From NCBI GenBank assembly GCA_963523055.1, contig CAURBV010000021.1, positions 8,556 through 72,555 of the forward strand: a stretch of DNA of 64,000 nucleotides, written 5' to 3'. Source of the DNA: an uncultured Paenibacillaceae bacterium (lineage in GTDB: Bacteria; Bacillota; Clostridia; Lachnospirales; Lachnospiraceae). Below are positions 37,916-48,502 of the stretch, in pieces (the first letter of the stretch is position 1; each line of letters begins with the position of its first letter). The position numbers and the translations under genes were made by a program. Below the pieces are notes generated by a model. The model was not told where the DNA came from. It searched no databases and saw only the letters and a program-made list of their open reading frames with translations.

Positions 37916-40738
37916 TCACCTCTCTATGATTTTAATTTCCTGCCGTTCTTTCTTACGTAGCCAAAATTTCCTTCCCTCTTCAAGCAGCAATACCAGCGGC
38001 GGCCAGATGCATAACAGCAGCCAGTCGGAAAGCAGAAGAGGAGCCGTATGGAATACGGATTGTAATGGCGGCAGATAAACTAAGGCAAAGATTAATATAA
38101 TCTCGATCAGGATTCCTACGTTAACCTGTTTATTTTTAAACAATCCGACTTGAAAAGCAGACTGTTTTTCAGTACGGCAGTTAAACACAGCTCCGATCTG
38201 GCTGAATACAATGGCTGCCAGTGCCATGGTAGTAGCCCTGAAATAAACCGGATTATTTCCGCTGGCTAACGGCATATCCGGCCAGCCGTTCTGTATATTG
38301 ACAAAGAAATACGAAAAGGCAGAGGCCAGTGAACCCAGCATTCCATACCATAAGAACGCTTTTATGATCAGCGGTCTGTTTAACAAAGTCTCTTTTGGAT
38401 TACGGGGCGGCTGATCCATAATTCCTTTTTCCGGTTTCTCAGTCCCTAATCCCAGAGCAGGCATCATATCCGTCCCCAAGTCGATGGTGAGAATCTGCAT
38501 GACAGTCAGTGGAAGAGGAATTGCACCCCTGGAAAACAGGAACAATGCGGAGGGTACGGCCTCCGGCATATTGGAGTTTAAAATATACAGTAAGAACTTA
38601 CGGATATTACTGTAAACAGCCCGGCCTTCTTCAATGGCATGGACGATGGAAGCAAAGTTATCATCCGTTAAAATCATATCAGCCGCCTCTTTTGCCACAT
38701 CGGTTCCAGCAATTCCCATAGCTACTCCGATATCGGCTTTTTTCAGGGCAGGAGAATCATTTACACCATCTCCGGTTACTGCAACAATCTCACCCAGATC
38801 CTGTAAATTCGTTACGACCCTGAGTTTTTGCTCCGGTGCCACCCGGGCAAAGATTATTTCATCCTTTAAATATTCCTTTAACTGCTCATCAGACATCTCT
38901 TCCAGTTCCAGCCCTGATACAACCCTTGGATTTGAACCTTTTACAATACCAATTCGTTTAGCAATGCTTTCTGCCGTTAATCCGTAGTCACCTGTTATCA
39001 TAATAATGCGGATACCAGCGTGCCGGCATTCTTCAACGGCTGCAGCTACTTCGGGTCTGGGCGGATCTGCCATGACTACCAACCCGACAAAAGTCAGATC
39101 TTGTTCTATCAGATCTGGTGTATAGGCGCTCATGGCTGTTGGAATCTTATCTTCTTTTTTCAGCAGGCGGTATGCCACAGCCAGAACACGTAATCCCTGC
39201 CTGGCGTAATTGTCATTGGCATCCATAATTTCCCTTCGCATCTCTTCTTCCATGGGAGTGACAGTCCCGTTTCTGCGAATGGTATTACTTAGTTTCATGA
39301 TTTCTTTTGGAGCACCTTTTACGTAGGCAATCAGTCTGGTGCCTTCTATGGTTCTTTGAAGGCGATGCACGGTTGTCATTCGTTTCCGGCGGGATTCAAA
39401 TGGCAGCTCTCTTAATCTTGGTGTCAGTTCCGCCTGTTTTGCCACGTTAATCCCTGCTTTTTCTGCAACTACGCCAAGACATGCCTCGGTAGGATCACCA
39501 AGCACTGTATAACGGGCGGATTCTTCTCCTGGGGGAAGCAACCTTGCATTGCTGCATAGTGCAGCGCCAGTCAGCAGAAGATTCATGTCCTCATCCTCAC
39601 TGGCTTTTACTGTTTTTCCGCCTGTCATGATCTCGCCTTTGGGGCTGTAACCAACACCCGTTACCTCGTATTCCCGGTCGGCAAGCCATAGATGGTTTAC
39701 TGTCATTTCATTCTGGGTTAAGGTTCCTGTTTTATCCGTACAGATTACGGTAGTACTTCCAAGTGCCTCCACAGAAGAAAGCTTTTTCACCAGAGCATTC
39801 CGCTTTGACATTCTTTGGACTGCCATGGCAAGAGATAACGTAACAGTAGGAAGAAGACCTTCCGGGATAAAAGCGACGATCATTCCAAGTGCAAAGATAA
39901 AGGAGGAGGCCATTGGTTCCTTTACCAGTAACAAAGCTGCCACAAAGAAGAATACGCCAAATGAGATGGCAATAACAGAAATTTGTTTTGTTAAACGGTT
40001 CAGTTCCTTCTGCAGGGGACTTTGGACTTCTTTCATATTCTGTGTTAATCCTGCAATTTTACCAAATTCCGTACGCATCCCAATTTCCGTTACAACGGCT
40101 TTTCCGTTGCCCTCGGCTACGTTGGTGCCTGCAAATATCAGATTTGGAGTTTCCGCTTTTGTCAGGTCATCTTTTAATACAGCATCCTTGATTTTTCGCA
40201 CCGGGTTGGATTCTCCGGTTAAAGTGGACTGATCCACCTGTAAATCACTGCTTTCTATTAATCTGGCATCAGCGGAGATCTTGTCCCCTTCCTCCAACAG
40301 TATAATATCGCCGATAATCAGATCTTCTGCCAGTATTTTCTGCTCTTCCCCATCACGGATGACGCGTGCGTAGGAAGGCAGCATGTTTCTTAATGCATCT
40401 GTGGCTTTACCGGCCCTGTGTTCCTGCCAGAAGCTGAAAACACCGTTAATGACGTTTACCAGCCAGACAGCCACTCCAAGTTGTGGCATCCCTGCAAGAA
40501 ATGCCACAGCACCGCCAATCCAGAGCAGAATCGCCATAAGATGGATAAAGTTTCCCAGAAAGATAAGTATTACAGATTTTTTCTTTTTTTCTTCAATTAG
40601 ATTTTTGCCAAGTTTTTTTTGCAGCTCTGCCACCTGTGACTGATTCAGTCCACGGACATTGCTTCCCAGTGCAGCATAGACCTGATCCGCAGGCAGCTTC
40701 GCAATATTCTCTTCCTTACCCTCTTTTTCTGTAACCAT
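37916..40738 (-). CDS. Type II cation-transporting P-type ATPase (Na,K-ATPase-like motifs)
   Basis: LTGES, FIPEGLLPTVT, DKTGT, KGAPK, TGD, TGDGVNDSPALKKADIG, SNMPE, IDLGTDM. Confidence 0.92.
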   Translation of the reverse strand: MVTEKEGKEENIAKLPADQVYAALGSNVRGLNQSQVAELQKKLGKNLIEEKKKKSVILIFLGNFIHLMAILLWIGGAVAFLAGMPQLGVAVWLVNVINGVFSFWQEHRAGKATDALRNMLPSYARVIRDGEEQKILAEDLIIGDIILLEEGDKISADARLIESSDLQVDQSTLTGESNPVRKIKDAVLKDDLTKAETPNLIFAGTNVAEGNGKAVVTEIGMRTEFGKIAGLTQNMKEVQSPLQKELNRLTKQISVIAISFGVFFFVAALLLVKEPMASSFIFALGMIVAFIPEGLLPTVTLSLAMAVQRMSKRNALVKKLSSVEALGSTTVICTDKTGTLTQNEMTVNHLWLADREYEVTGVGYSPKGEIMTGGKTVKASEDEDMNLLLTGAALCSNARLLPPGEESARYTVLGDPTEACLGVVAEKAGINVAKQAELTPRLRELPFESRRKRMTTVHRLQRTIEGTRLIAYVKGAPKEIMKLSNTIRRNGTVTPMEEEMRREIMDANDNYARQGLRVLAVAYRLLKKEDKIPTAMSAYTPDLIEQDLTFVGLVVMADPPRPEVAAAVEECRHAGIRIIMITGDYGLTAESIAKRIGIVKGSNPRVVSGLELEEMSDEQLKEYLKDEIIFARVAPEQKLRVVTNLQDLGEIVAVTGDGVNDSPALKKADIGVAMGIAGTDVAKEAADMILTDDNFASIVHAIEEGRAVYSNIRKFLLYILNSNMPEAVPSALFLFSRGAIPLPLTVMQILTIDLGTDMMPALGLGTEKPEKGIMDQPPRNPKETLLNRPLIIKAFLWYGMLGSLASAFSYFFVNIQNGWPDMPLASGNNPVYFRATTMALAAIVFSQIGAVFNCRTEKQSAFQVGLFKNKQVNVGILIEIILIFALVYLPPLQSVFHTAPLLLSDWLLLCIWPPLVLLLEEGRKFWLRKKERQEIKIIER

Positions 40739-40995
40739 TGTGTTATAACCTTCTTTCTCTTAAAAAATGATTTCGAAGACTTTTTAACTAAATCGTTTCT
40801 GAGAAAATAATTGTATACCCTGTAAGATTGCCGCTCAATAATATTAACAGAATCTATATACGTCCATATATTTCCTTAATATTATCTTTAAACTGGTCAT
40901 CTGTTTCACAACTGGTATCTGAAATTACCAATATATTACTATGATTTATTACAGAAACTATGCGCATAACGAATTACGTCTGGAAGGAATGGTAT

Positions 40996-41038
40996 AAAAA
41001 ATAGACAGGTAAAAGGAATCTCAACTTTTACCTGTCTA
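40996..41038 (-). terminator. Terminator of the RpiR-like gene
   Basis: TAGACAGGTAAAAG / CTTTTACCTGTCTA stem with a T-run on the minus strand. Confidence 0.8.
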
Positions 41039-41867
41039 ATATATATTTTTGTACATAACGGTTGAAGAGCAAATCAAAGAAGTAGTTAATTCCATACCGG
41101 GTATAAACGTTTTGCATTCCGTTGGAAATGTAATCGCAGGATTGAAACTTGTCACTCAGGAAAATGATGGTGTCATAATATTCCTCAAACTGTTTAGCGT
41201 GGTTTAATGTGATTAGAAATTTACGTGCCTTCACATCTTTTACGTCATCCTTGGTCGCAATGGCATAATTTCCAGATGCAGAGCATGTAATCAGCAGATC
41301 ATCTTCCGTAAGAGCAGGAAGAATTCCAGTATTGCCGGAAATATTGGTGACAAGCTTAATCAGCCTGCCAAGAGAAGTCATCTCCAGCTGAAATTCCTTG
41401 GCAGAAGAGCTTGAGGTGTCATAATTCAAAATAACAACATTACGGCTGTTTTTAATCAGATCCACAAGCAGTTCGATATTTTGCTGGTCGATGGTATCAT
41501 TAATATCTGTCAGCATGTCAACCATGGAAGTCATGATGTAATCATGAAAAGAGGACTGGTTGACGAAGTCAATAAATGCTCTGGAATGAACCCGCATATG
41601 TCTGATGTTATCTTTCATGTGTGTAAAGCTTTCAAAGCCGATGCTTTTTACGAATCTGTGAATTGTACTCCTTGATACATAACAGTAATCGATCACATCA
41701 TAAATGCTGATTTTATCCAGAATATCAATGCGTTCCAACAGATAATTTGCTAAAACGTAGTTAATATCGTCTTCGTTGGAATTATTAATGATAGCAAGCA
41801 GGGAAGAGGTAATACTAAAGCCCTTGAGACTAAATGCATTTTGCTGTTTTTTATTATTTTCATCCAT
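41028..41867 (-). CDS. MurR/RpiR-family regulator
   Basis: CYVSRSTIHRFVKSIGFESF HTH plus SIS-like domain (SASG); start uncertain (41867 or 41900). Confidence 0.8.
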   Translation of the reverse strand: MDENNKKQQNAFSLKGFSITSSLLAIINNSNEDDINYVLANYLLERIDILDKISIYDVIDYCYVSRSTIHRFVKSIGFESFTHMKDNIRHMRVHSRAFIDFVNQSSFHDYIMTSMVDMLTDINDTIDQQNIELLVDLIKNSRNVVILNYDTSSSSAKEFQLEMTSLGRLIKLVTNISGNTGILPALTEDDLLITCSASGNYAIATKDDVKDVKARKFLITLNHAKQFEEYYDTIIFLSDKFQSCDYISNGMQNVYTRYGINYFFDLLFNRYVQKYILDR

Positions 41868-41938
41868 GCCCAGATTATATATCAAAAATAATAGAGACAC
41901 AATATAAATTCAGGGTAAAATAATTAAAATTCAGATTT

Positions 41939-41957
41939 GGTTTCATATTCTGAAACC
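41939..41957. promoter_or_regulatory. Palindromic operator between the regulator and the PTS gene
   Basis: Perfect GGTTTCA-N5-TGAAACC. Confidence 0.55.
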
Positions 41958-42082
41958 CGGGGTTTTGTCGAAATCTGATATAATCTGGCTATGGAAATAC
42001 ATAAGGCGCGCTGGTGTAAATCCAATGGAACAACGAGGGTATGGTGAAACAAAAAGCAGACTATAAGAAGAGGGGAAAAATC

Positions 42083-43477
42083 ATGGCAAAAAAAGATTAT
42101 GTACAAATATGTGCAGATATAATCAATACTTGCGGAGGCGAATCAAACATTGCTAATGTTACACACTGTATGACCCGTCTGCGCATTCAGCTGCATGATG
42201 AGACAAAACTGAATAAAGATGAGGCGAAAAAGATCCCGGGCATTCTTAACCTGATTGTACAGAGCGGAGAGTACCAGTTTGTGATCGGACAGGATGTACC
42301 GGCACTTTTTGCAGAATTTAAGAAGCGGGACGGTATTAAAACAGGTGGTGAAGTTCGGAATTCAGATGCAGTTAAGCAGGATGGGAAAGCTGGCAGAGGA
42401 AATGTTTTTGCAGGTATTATGGCATTTATCGGAGGCACATTTTCTCCGGTTATTCCCGTACTGATCGCTGGTGGTCTTACGGGGGCAGTGTTAACGCTTC
42501 TTACCACACTCTTTGGTGTGTCTTCTGAAGATGGAGCATACAAAATTTTCTATGCTGTAAACCAGGCGGCTTTTTATTCCCTGCCGGTATTTATCGGTTT
42601 TTCAGCAGCAAACAAATTAAAATCCAACGGATACCTTGGAGCGTTTCTTGGAGCAATCCTGTTATATTCCACCATCAATAATGCAGAAGCACTTGACTTC
42701 TTCGGCATTAAGGTTGCACAGATTGCATATAACTCAACGGTGTTTCCTGTAATCCTTGGCGTTTTATTCATGTCCGTCATTTATAAATATTTACAGAAGA
42801 TCATACCAGTCTACTTGAGGACGATTTTTGTACCCCTTATTACCATGCTGGTTACGGTACCGGTCACACTCATTGTACTGGGGCCCGTGGGTAATCTTGC
42901 AGGAACCTGGCTGGCAGACGGCGTACTGACTGTATACAGAGTAGCTCCGGCAATCGCGGTTATGATCATTGGTATTACGACTCCCCTTATGGTGTTCTTT
43001 GGTATGAACAATGCAACGTATCCGGTAGTTTTCTTATTAATAGCTGAAATCGGTTCTGACCCGTTAATCTGTACCGGAATGGCTCCGGCTAATGTAGCTG
43101 TCGGCGGTGCCTGTCTGGCTGCAGCATTAATTGCAAAGAATGCAGAATCCCGCAGTATCGCAACAGGAGCCGGTATTACTGCACTGTGCGGCATTACAGA
43201 GCCAGGTGTATACGGTGTATTATTTGTAAAAAAATATCCCCTTCTGGGTGCAATGATCGGCGGTGGTCTTGGCGGCCTTATAGCTGGGTTATTCGGAATG
43301 ACCCAGTACGTAGTATCAACCCCCGGATTTATCTCAATTCCTGCTTATATCAACCCGGATGGAACAGGTAAAAACCTGATTGTCTCATTGGTTGTTATGG
43401 TGACTGCAGTTACAGTTTCATTTGTAATTACCTTAGTGCTGGGAAAAAGAGCGGAAAAGAAAGCGGGGGCCAACTAA
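42083..43477 (+). CDS. PTS beta-glucoside-type EIIBC
   Basis: HCMTRLR, QFVIGQDV, GITEPGVYG; no EIIA domain. Confidence 0.9.
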   Translation: MAKKDYVQICADIINTCGGESNIANVTHCMTRLRIQLHDETKLNKDEAKKIPGILNLIVQSGEYQFVIGQDVPALFAEFKKRDGIKTGGEVRNSDAVKQDGKAGRGNVFAGIMAFIGGTFSPVIPVLIAGGLTGAVLTLLTTLFGVSSEDGAYKIFYAVNQAAFYSLPVFIGFSAANKLKSNGYLGAFLGAILLYSTINNAEALDFFGIKVAQIAYNSTVFPVILGVLFMSVIYKYLQKIIPVYLRTIFVPLITMLVTVPVTLIVLGPVGNLAGTWLADGVLTVYRVAPAIAVMIIGITTPLMVFFGMNNATYPVVFLLIAEIGSDPLICTGMAPANVAVGGACLAAALIAKNAESRSIATGAGITALCGITEPGVYGVLFVKKYPLLGAMIGGGLGGLIAGLFGMTQYVVSTPGFISIPAYINPDGTGKNLIVSLVVMVTAVTVSFVITLVLGKRAEKKAGAN

Positions 43478-43518
43478 GAAACTTATGACAAATTGTATGA
43501 AAAAACTGGAGGTGCAAC

Positions 43519-44988
43519 ATGTATTATAAAGAAGATCCTAAATTCCCCGAAAACTTTATGTGGGGTGCTTCAAGCGCTGCATGGCAGGTAGAAGGCGGAG
43601 TTGCAGAGGGCGGAAGAACGCCGGCCATGATCGATATAAACAGCACGAAAAAGAAACCATATGCGGATAATTCAATCGCAGCGGATCATTTTCATAGATA
43701 TAAAGAAGATGTGGTACTTATGGCAGAATGCGGGTTCAGCTCCTATCGTTTTTCCCTTTCCTGGTCAAGAATTATTCCTCATTCAGACGGAAAAGTCAAC
43801 CCGGAAGGAATCAAATTCTACAACGACCTGATTGATGAGCTCATTAAAAATAACATTACTCCTATTGTGACCATATACCATTATGACCTTCCTGTATGGG
43901 TATATGAGGAATTAGGCGGCTGGAGAAGCAGAAAGACCATTGATGCATTTGAACATCTCTGTAAAGTTTGTTTTGAAAATTTTGGTGACAGAGTGAAATA
44001 CTGGTTGTCTCTCAATGAGCAGAATATGCAGATCTGCTATGGCCACTGGCTGGGCACAAGTGTGGGCTGTACAGACTGGGAAAGAGAGAAGTGGGATATT
44101 AACCATATCATGAATCTCTGCCATGCAAAAGCAGTCATTCACTGTCATGAAATGGTAGAGGGCGGAAAAATCGGACCTGTTCCAGGTTATGTTCCGATTT
44201 ATCCAAAGACCTGTAATCCCGGCGACCAGATCGCTGCCATGAATGCAGAAGAATTAACCCAGAAGATCTGGAATGACACGTATGTATATGGGGAATACAG
44301 TAATTTTGTAAAAAAATACTGGGAAACCCACGACATTCATCCAGATATTCGTCCAGAAGACTTAGAGCTGATGAAGAAGGCTAAAATCGACTTCATATCT
44401 GTAAACTGCTATAGAAGCAACACTGCATATGAATCAAAAATTGACAGTGAGAGACAGGAGTATGGACTGAATAAGTTTGGTATCAAAGGTCAGATGCAGT
44501 GGCCCAATGTCCCCGGTGAATATGCGTTATGTACCAACCCCTATGTGGAATATACGGACTGGGATTGGGAAATCGATCCCCAGGCAATGCGATATTCTCT
44601 CCGTTATCTTTGGAATCACTACAGACTTCCAATGATGATTACAGAAAATGGATTTGGAGCAAACGAGACCAAGGGTGCAGACGGACAGGTGCATGATACA
44701 GCAAGAATTGATTTCCTGAGAGATCAGATCTATCAAGTGGGTCTTGCCATTGAGGATGGCTGTGAAGTAATTGCATACAACCCATGGTCATTCACGGATT
44801 TATTATCAACTGGTAATGGAATTAAGAAGCGTTATGGGTTGGTTTACATTGATACTACAGATGAGGAACTGGTTAACTGCGAGGATGTATCGGAACTTAG
44901 CATGAAACGCATTAAAAAAGATTCCTTCCATTGGTACTCAAAACTGATTAAATCCAATGGGAAAGAGTGGGGCAAAAACATGAAATAA
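43519..44988 (+). CDS. GH1 6-phospho-beta-glucosidase
   Basis: WGASSAAWQVEGG, YRFSLSWSRI, LNEQ, ITENG, KRYG. Confidence 0.92.
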   Translation: MYYKEDPKFPENFMWGASSAAWQVEGGVAEGGRTPAMIDINSTKKKPYADNSIAADHFHRYKEDVVLMAECGFSSYRFSLSWSRIIPHSDGKVNPEGIKFYNDLIDELIKNNITPIVTIYHYDLPVWVYEELGGWRSRKTIDAFEHLCKVCFENFGDRVKYWLSLNEQNMQICYGHWLGTSVGCTDWEREKWDINHIMNLCHAKAVIHCHEMVEGGKIGPVPGYVPIYPKTCNPGDQIAAMNAEELTQKIWNDTYVYGEYSNFVKKYWETHDIHPDIRPEDLELMKKAKIDFISVNCYRSNTAYESKIDSERQEYGLNKFGIKGQMQWPNVPGEYALCTNPYVEYTDWDWEIDPQAMRYSLRYLWNHYRLPMMITENGFGANETKGADGQVHDTARIDFLRDQIYQVGLAIEDGCEVIAYNPWSFTDLLSTGNGIKKRYGLVYIDTTDEELVNCEDVSELSMKRIKKDSFHWYSKLIKSNGKEWGKNMK

Positions 44989-45009
44989 GAATTGCCCGCA
45001 GATGGAGGA

Positions 45010-45154
45010 ATGATTGTGGGGTTTTTTAAGAAGAAAATTGTTTTCCCTGTGAGCCGGGCAATCTGTACTCAATTACAGACGGTATGATCTGGAGTATGCA
45101 AAAGAAGGAGACGTAACCGTAGAAAACGGTGAGATTTCCTATCAGTGTGAATAA
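45010..45154 (+). pseudogene. Remnant of a PTS EIIA gene (internal deletion, frameshifts)
   Basis: RBS GGAGG; GFFKKKIVFPVS, then in shifted frames GNLYSITD and YDLEYAKEGDVTVENGEISYQCE*. Confidence 0.5.
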
Positions 45155-45166
45155 TGAATACCATAC

Positions 45167-45200
45167 AAAAATACCATAGTTGAAAAACTGTGGTGTTTTT
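45167..45200 (+). terminator. Terminator of the PTS operon
   Basis: AAAAATACCATAGTT / AACTGTGGTGTTTTT. Confidence 0.7.
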
Positions 45201-45271
45201 GTATTGACTGTACAACGATTGCAGACTTTATGATATACTAAAATAAATAAAGTAAAGGATGCAATTGATTT

Positions 45272-46603
45272 ATGGAAAAGAATTTAACTACAGGAAGTGT
45301 ATTTAAAACCGTTGTATATTTCTCCTTACCGTACCTGCTGTCGTATTTTCTTCAGACATTGTATGGGATGGCAGATCTGTTTATTGTCAGTCAATTTAAC
45401 GGAGTGGACAGCATTACAGCAGTTTCCATTGCAAGTCAGGTTATGCACATGATAACGGTTATGATTGTCGGTCTGGCAATGGGAGCCACCGTTTTGATTG
45501 GACGGGCTGTGGGGGCAGGAAAGCATAAGGAGGTATCTTCTGTTATCGGAAATACAATTACTTTATTTATGGCTTTGTCCGTCATAATTATGATTGTACT
45601 GCTCATGGTGGTGAAGCCAATCGCTGTCGTTATGTTAACACCTCCGGAAGCTTTTGGTGAGACAGTTACCTACCTTACCATCTGTATGATTGGGATCCCA
45701 TTTATTACCGGATATAACATTATCAGTTCGATTTTACGTGGAATGGGCGATTCCAAGAGCCCGATGTATTTTATTGGTATAGCCTGTGTGGCCAACATCG
45801 TTTTAGATTATGTTTTTATCGGTGTGTTTAAACTTGGGGCAGCAGGTGCTGCACTTGGTACAATTTTATCACAGTCAATCAGCGTAATTATTTCTCTGAA
45901 CTTTATCCGGAGGCGAAAAATGGGAATCAGTCTTTCCCTAAAGGATCTTAAACCGAAAGCAGCAGTGATTCTTAATCTGCTTAAAGTTGGCATTCCAGTG
46001 GCGTTGCAGGATGGATTTATTCAGATCTCTTTTCTTATAATAACAATAATTGCAAATAACAGAGGATTAAATGATGCAGCAGCAGTGGGCATTGTGGAAA
46101 AGATAATCGGCATCTTATTTTTGGTTCCGTCCTCCATGCTGTCTGCCGTCTCTGTACTTTCCGCACAAAATGCAGGTGCAGGGAAACATGATCGTGCACG
46201 TCAGACTCTTTGGATTGGAATTCTGATTACGGTAGTATTCGGTATAGTATCAGCGGTTATCATGCAGTTTTCTGCTGGATCAGTAATTGGTTTTTTTACA
46301 GATGATTCAAAAGTAATTTTGCTTGGCAGACAGTATATGAGCAGCTATGTCTGGGATTGCATTTTTGCAGGAATTCATTTTTGTTTCAGTGGGTATTTCT
46401 GTGCATATGGTTTGTCTGGAATATCCTTTATCCATAATTCCATATCCATTATCTGCGCCCGCATTCCCCTTGCCTACCTGGCATCAGTATACTTTGCAGA
46501 CACACTTTTTCCCATGGGAATTGCAGCCCCCGTGGGGTCAATTCTGTCAGTTGTTATATGTATCAGTGCCTTTATCTGGCTGAGTAAGCGCGGCGAAGCA
46601 TAA
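45272..46603 (+). CDS. MATE efflux transporter
   Basis: LQTLYGMAD, RGMGDSKSP, NIVLD...GAAGAA.GT, about 12 TMs. Confidence 0.92.
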   Translation: MEKNLTTGSVFKTVVYFSLPYLLSYFLQTLYGMADLFIVSQFNGVDSITAVSIASQVMHMITVMIVGLAMGATVLIGRAVGAGKHKEVSSVIGNTITLFMALSVIIMIVLLMVVKPIAVVMLTPPEAFGETVTYLTICMIGIPFITGYNIISSILRGMGDSKSPMYFIGIACVANIVLDYVFIGVFKLGAAGAALGTILSQSISVIISLNFIRRRKMGISLSLKDLKPKAAVILNLLKVGIPVALQDGFIQISFLIITIIANNRGLNDAAAVGIVEKIIGILFLVPSSMLSAVSVLSAQNAGAGKHDRARQTLWIGILITVVFGIVSAVIMQFSAGSVIGFFTDDSKVILLGRQYMSSYVWDCIFAGIHFCFSGYFCAYGLSGISFIHNSISIICARIPLAYLASVYFADTLFPMGIAAPVGSILSVVICISAFIWLSKRGEA

Positions 46604-47175
46604 TCATGAGTATCCAGTTGGGAACGATCATTCCATTCTTTATTTAATATTGAAAAAATATAGTCGTCATAAAATTTTTCTTCCAATTCATGATGATTTC
46701 TTAAAATTCCATCTCTCTGAAAGCCCATCTTGTCCAATAAATGAATGGATTCTATATTAAAGCTGCCAGTCTGTGCATATATTTTATTTAACTCCATATT
46801 TTTGAACAAAGTATCTAACAGACTTGTAAGTGCTTCTTTCATATATCCGTATTTTCTGTATGTGGGAATCATATAATATCCTAACTCCATACTTCTGTTT
46901 CTCGGATTGTAATCGTTAAAGGATACTTTACCCAATAATTTCTTATCCTGTTTTCTCCATATGGAAAATATAAGGTTATTTTCTTTTTTAATAATATGAT
47001 TATAAAATTCAACTAACTCAATTCCTTCCCTTTTTATGATAGGCCGGCAAGTCATTTTATATGTTTCGTCATAATTTGTTTCAGCTCTGATCAACATTAA
47101 TTCATCTGCAGTAATCTTTTTAATACATAATCTTTCAGTTATGATTGGAAAATTTATATAATTATTATCTATCAT
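46474..47175 (-). CDS. RimJ/RimL-type GNAT acetyltransferase
   Basis: ITERL, ELGY......GYMKEAL, N..SI.LL.K.GF..DG.LR; C-terminal tail overlaps the MATE gene. Confidence 0.85.
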   Translation of the reverse strand: MIDNNYINFPIITERLCIKKITADELMLIRAETNYDETYKMTCRPIIKREGIELVEFYNHIIKKENNLIFSIWRKQDKKLLGKVSFNDYNPRNRSMELGYYMIPTYRKYGYMKEALTSLLDTLFKNMELNKIYAQTGSFNIESIHLLDKMGFQRDGILRNHHELEEKFYDDYIFSILNKEWNDRSQLDTHDYASPRLLSQIKALIHITTDRIDPTGAAIPMGKSVSAKYTDAR

Positions 47176-47300
47176 AATTTATTATCCCTTTCGCTTTGTT
47201 TGATCCCTTAAGTTTTTTCGAAAATATCTTTGCATAAAAAAGGAAAACTTTATCTTATTAACTTTATTGTATCATATTTGATGTTTATCTAATGTATTCA

Positions 47301-47328
47301 TTGACAACCTTCTAATTGATGTTATAAT
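47301..47328 (+). promoter_or_regulatory. SigA promoter of the ArsR-peptidase-opp locus
   Basis: TTGACA-16 nt-TATAAT with TGn. Confidence 0.7.
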
Positions 47329-47388
47329 TATAAAAATTGAACTGTATTTCGGCATCAAGTTGACAATTTAAAGTGATGAGGTCTTGGG

Positions 47389-48501
47389 ATGAGCATAGAG
47401 TGTACGGTTATAAAAGAAATTGATTACTATATGGAGAGTATAGAATTATTATTTCGAATTATCAATAAAAAATCTTATCTGAACTTAAAAATGGATCTGT
47501 TGAAGCGGACAGATGAAAAGAAAAAGGCTGTTATCTCTTATCAATTAGATCAATTATCGTTTATTCAGGAAGAGATTGAACAAAAAACGGATGTAAACAA
47601 TCCTCTTATTAAATTCTACTTTACCTCATTTATATCAGAAAATATTTGTATTGCAAAAATATTATATCAATGTGTGAGACATTCCACTTTTTCCGGCAAT
47701 AAAAGTGAAGTGATACACTTTATTAACAGATATCTAAGTACCATAAAGGATGACAATACCTTAGAACTATCATTTGATGATGTCGATCTAAGAACTACCG
47801 GTTATGAAAACAATAAGACAGTATCATTTACAGACAGGATTAATAATCTGGAATGTGAACCAGCACAAAAGTGGCAATTATTGGAATTAATAGAACATTC
47901 CAGCAAACATGCGGAAATTCTTTACGAAATTCTTGAAAAGACAGTTTCAGAATTAAAGAAACAAGAAATAATATTGTTGGAATTAAAAGAAACAGCTACG
48001 GAATATTGGATGGAATATTTCAAACAACATAGTTTCTATAAGTTGATGAATAGCTTTTATAATATAAAAGAAGACAGTTATCCCAGCAAGCCCACATTTA
48101 TACGAACACAGATTATGGCTTGCAACCGGGTTATTTTTTATGGTAATGATGAAAACGTGGGGGATTATCATATATTGGATGTGGGCATACTATTTGACTG
48201 TAATTATAAAGTATCGAAAAGACAATTGAGTAATCAGGAATTGAGCAATGGACTAAAGTTATTGTCCGATCCCAGTAAATTTGAAATATTGTGTTTTATT
48301 CGGAATAAAAAGGCTTACGGGCAGGAAATTGCGGCAGAACTAAAGCTAACGACTGCTACCATTTCCCATCATATGAATACACTTATGAAGCTGGGGCTTA
48401 TCAATATAGAGAAGTCAGATAATAAAGTTTATTATCAAATGAATAAGGAAGCAGTCAATTATTTATTGGAAGCAACGAAAAATAAATTGTTGGAGGATTA
48501 A
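47389..48501 (+). CDS. ArsR/SmtB-type regulator with long N-terminal domain
   Basis: C-terminal LKLLSDPSKFEIL...YGQEIA..L.LT.ATISHHM..L. Confidence 0.82.
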   Translation: MSIECTVIKEIDYYMESIELLFRIINKKSYLNLKMDLLKRTDEKKKAVISYQLDQLSFIQEEIEQKTDVNNPLIKFYFTSFISENICIAKILYQCVRHSTFSGNKSEVIHFINRYLSTIKDDNTLELSFDDVDLRTTGYENNKTVSFTDRINNLECEPAQKWQLLELIEHSSKHAEILYEILEKTVSELKKQEIILLELKETATEYWMEYFKQHSFYKLMNSFYNIKEDSYPSKPTFIRTQIMACNRVIFYGNDENVGDYHILDVGILFDCNYKVSKRQLSNQELSNGLKLLSDPSKFEILCFIRNKKAYGQEIAAELKLTTATISHHMNTLMKLGLINIEKSDNKVYYQMNKEAVNYLLEATKNKLLED

Positions 48502-48502
48502 A

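Noticed and set aside
40739..41000. Riboswitch (c-di-AMP or Mn) upstream of the P-type ATPase
   Set aside because: No recognisable conserved aptamer sequence on the minus strand
41924..42106. 60-aa minus-strand ORF in the PTS promoter region
   Set aside because: Overlaps the PTS start and operator; no coding signals
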